64,000 nucleotides of DNA from Scenedesmus sp. PABB004 (Eukaryota). The translations under genes were made by a program, and so were the position numbers. Below, one piece after another: positions 62,101 through 64,000 of this stretch. Numbering within the stretch: the stretch's first letter is position 1; each line of letters opens with the position of its first letter. The notes below the pieces were generated by a model. The model made no database searches and had not been told where the DNA came from. It worked only from the letters and a program-made list of their open reading frames with translations. The stretch is from NCBI GenBank assembly GCA_014905635.1, contig JABVCE010000002.1, positions 62,001 through 126,000 on the forward strand, given 5' to 3'.

Positions 62101-62216
62101 GCGCGCGCACGGCGCCGGCCAACCACCTCGCGGCGGCGGCGGAGGGGGCAGAGCAGCAGGAGGCGGGCGGCGGCAGCGGCGAGGACGACGACGCCGCGCA
62201 GGCCGTCGGCGAGTGA
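59195..62216 (+). CDS. UV-damage endonuclease (UvdE/UVE1 family) with long N-terminal extension, about 7 exons
   Basis: LGYACLN, WNEAHGIRFFRLSS, GHRLTFHP, KINIHVGG, RLAVENDD, GIPITFDFHHH, VHWSES, HAHS, DVMIESKGKEFAL. Confidence 0.95.
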
Positions 62217-63452
62217 GCGAGCGCGAGCGCGAGAGCGCCGCGGCGGCGGGCGGGAGTGAGCGTTGGCGTTGACAAGAGTTACTCTCAAAGCAGTTCCGGG
62301 GTTCCGCGGGCAGGCACCTGCTCGCCGTCAGTCCTCCGGCCACGCCCCAGCTCGGCCTCGGCGAGGCACGCGCCGTGCCAGCTCGCGGCGCCGCAACCAC
62401 CGTGGTGCGAAGCGCCGCGCGCTGCGCTCTCTCTGCGTTCCTCTCCCTGCGCGCGCGCCAATGTCAACCAAACCACACCGGGCACCGCGCGGGCGGGCAC
62501 CTTTCAACGCACCTTTCAGCCGTCCAGGCTCATAACCGTGCGGGCGCTCAGCCAGCCAGAGCTGCGGCCCCGAGGCAGTGCAGTGCTGTGCAGAGGGGTG
62601 AGGGTCATCACAGCCAACAAAAATGGTGCGTACTACGAGCGCCGCCCAATCGGCTGAAGAGTTTGTTGTCGCCCCCGACCGCGTTCAGGCAGCCGCCGGG
62701 GGGATTTCTGGGGGCTGCACCTGGTTGTGGTGTTGGTGACAACCAGGGCGCCAGGACGATGGTGTGCAGTGTTGCGTTTTTTTGTGGGGGAGTCGGGGCG
62801 GGGCGCCAGCCCGTCGTGCGAGGGGGATGGCACGCAAAGTGCCCCGGGGGAGCAAACAACAACAAAAAAAGGGGGCGGTCGGTGGGCGGGAGGCGGCGGC
62901 GGCGGCGGCGCGAATTGCCGCGCCGCCGCGCTGGAGGCGTGCGTGCGTCACGGGCGGCGCCGCGGGCGCGAGAGCAGCGCAGGGAAGAACACGAGCAGAG
63001 CAGGAGGAGCAGAGCAGAGCAAACAGCTATGAGCCACCGCAGACACAGGCGGGGCGTTCATCACGAAAACCGCAGCGGGGGGCGGCCCCCGCGTTTGCGG
63101 GGGGCAGCGGGAGCAGCTCAGCAGCCCCCGCACAAGGCCACGCGGCGCGCAGCAGCGCCGCCAACGTGCGTGCTCGCCCCGGGCGCGCGGGCAGGCCGCG
63201 GCCGCCGGCCCTTTGATAACCAACGTCAACACGGCCAGGTTTGTTAGCTGCAGCTGCCGCCACCATGGCGGCCCTTGTTGTCGTGCGCCAAAGGACCCTC
63301 GCCGCTGAAAATGGCGGCTTGCGCGCGCTGCCGGCCGGGCACGTTCGGCTGCGCCCGCCGGCACTGCGGCAGCCTCGTGTGGGTTTGTCGCCTCACCCCG
63401 CGCCCGCCGGCTCGACCCCGCCTGTGTTGGAACGCGTGTGAACGCGCGCCGC

Positions 63453-64000
63453 TCACGCGAGCGGCATGAGCCGCAGCAGTTCCTGCTGCAGCTGCGCCTC
63501 CCACGCCTGCGCGGCGAGCAGCTGCTCCAGCTTGGCCTGTGTGTCCAGGTTGCGCTGCGCCGCGGCCGAACCGGCCACCAGCTGCTGCTGCAGCGCCAGG
63601 GCGTGCAGCGCGGCGCCGTCCGGGGAGCAGGGCGACAGCAGCTGGCCCGACAGCTGCGGCGCGAGGTGCTGCAGCGAGATGGGGACGCTGATCGCGTTCA
63701 CGCCGAGGCCCGCCGCTGCCAGGTGCTGGCCGCCAGCGCCGCCGCCGGCGCCGCCGACAGCTGCGGCAGCGGCGCCGAGGGCGACGCGCCGACGCCCATC
63801 GAGGGCGCGAGCAGCACGTGCTGCGGCGGCTGCTGCTGGACCAGCAGCGGCGCGGGCACAAAGCCCTGCGCCATGGGCGAGCAGGCCGCCGGCGTGAGCG
63901 CGTAGGCCGCCGGCGTGGGCGAGTAGGCCGCCAACGTGGGCGAGTAGGCCGCCGGCGCCGGCGAGTAGGCCTGCGGCGCCGGCGAGTAGGCCTGCGGCGC
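63453..64000 (-). CDS. 3' end of an orphan protein with YSP heptad repeats and C-terminal Leu/Gln helix (runs off the window; apparent 1-nt frameshift ~63790)
   Basis: APQA-YSPAPQA-YSPAPAA-YSPTLAA-YSPTPAA-YALTPAA-CSPMAQG...AKLEQLLAAQAWEAQLQQELLRLMPLA*. Confidence 0.6.
   Translation of the reverse strand, partial: AAGLLAGAAGLLAGAGGLLAHVGGLLAHAGGLRAHAGGLLAHGAGLCARAAAGPAAAAAARAARALDGRRRVALGAAAAAVGGAGGGAGGQHLAAAGLGVNAISVPISLQHLAPQLSGQLLSPCSPDGAALHALALQQQLVAGSAAAQRNLDTQAKLEQLLAAQAWEAQLQQELLRLMPLA
63876..64000. repeat. 21-bp coding tandem repeat
   Basis: Plus-strand unit approximately GGCGAGTAGGCC(G/T)...GGCG(C/T), about 6 degenerate copies to the window edge. Confidence 0.85.

Noticed and set aside
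62260..63440. Lower-GC stretch between convergent genes as a possible transposon or ncRNA
   Set aside because: No terminal repeats, transposase-like ORF or recognisable RNA structure; consistent with 3' UTRs.
63453..64000. RPB1 (RNA polymerase II largest subunit) C-terminus
   Set aside because: Heptads lack S5-P6-S7 and are followed by a Gln/Leu-rich tail unlike RPB1.

Overview
Eukaryotic nuclear DNA from an extremely GC-rich (roughly 80% by eye), gene-dense green alga. The assignment rests on nuclear psaF, psbTn, ALB3 and CURT1 with plastid transit peptides, short spliceosomal introns and TGTAA poly(A) signals; Chlorophyceae/Sphaeropleales is an inference. Most ORF-track entries are artefacts of GC content, so genes were rebuilt by hand from exons and splice sites, and family calls come from motif recognition without database searches. 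About 30 protein-coding genes were found: P4H, ALB3, KCS, a Ser/Thr kinase, F-box/WD40, a CBP60-like protein, two Nudix hydrolases, psaF, an NAD-dependent epimerase, a SET/LSMT-like protein, RSL1D1-like, ankyrin, CURT1, two ubiquitin-like proteins, SRPBCC, psbTn, an OTU-like protein, DUF2064, RRP17-like, cytochrome b5-like, transglutaminase-like, fibrillin, UvdE and several orphans. No rRNA, tRNA, CRISPR array or transposase was recognised. Main unusual features: (1) two non-coding 5'-flank cassettes reused directly upstream of unrelated genes, one carrying the ATG context itself; (2) two near-identical duplications offset by ~1.8-1.9 kb and inverted pseudogene fragments of the SET gene; (3) at least 10 GC-AG introns; (4) a CBP60/SARD1-like transcription factor, a divergent OTU-like protease and an orphan pair sharing a C-terminal motif, one with CTD-like heptad repeats.
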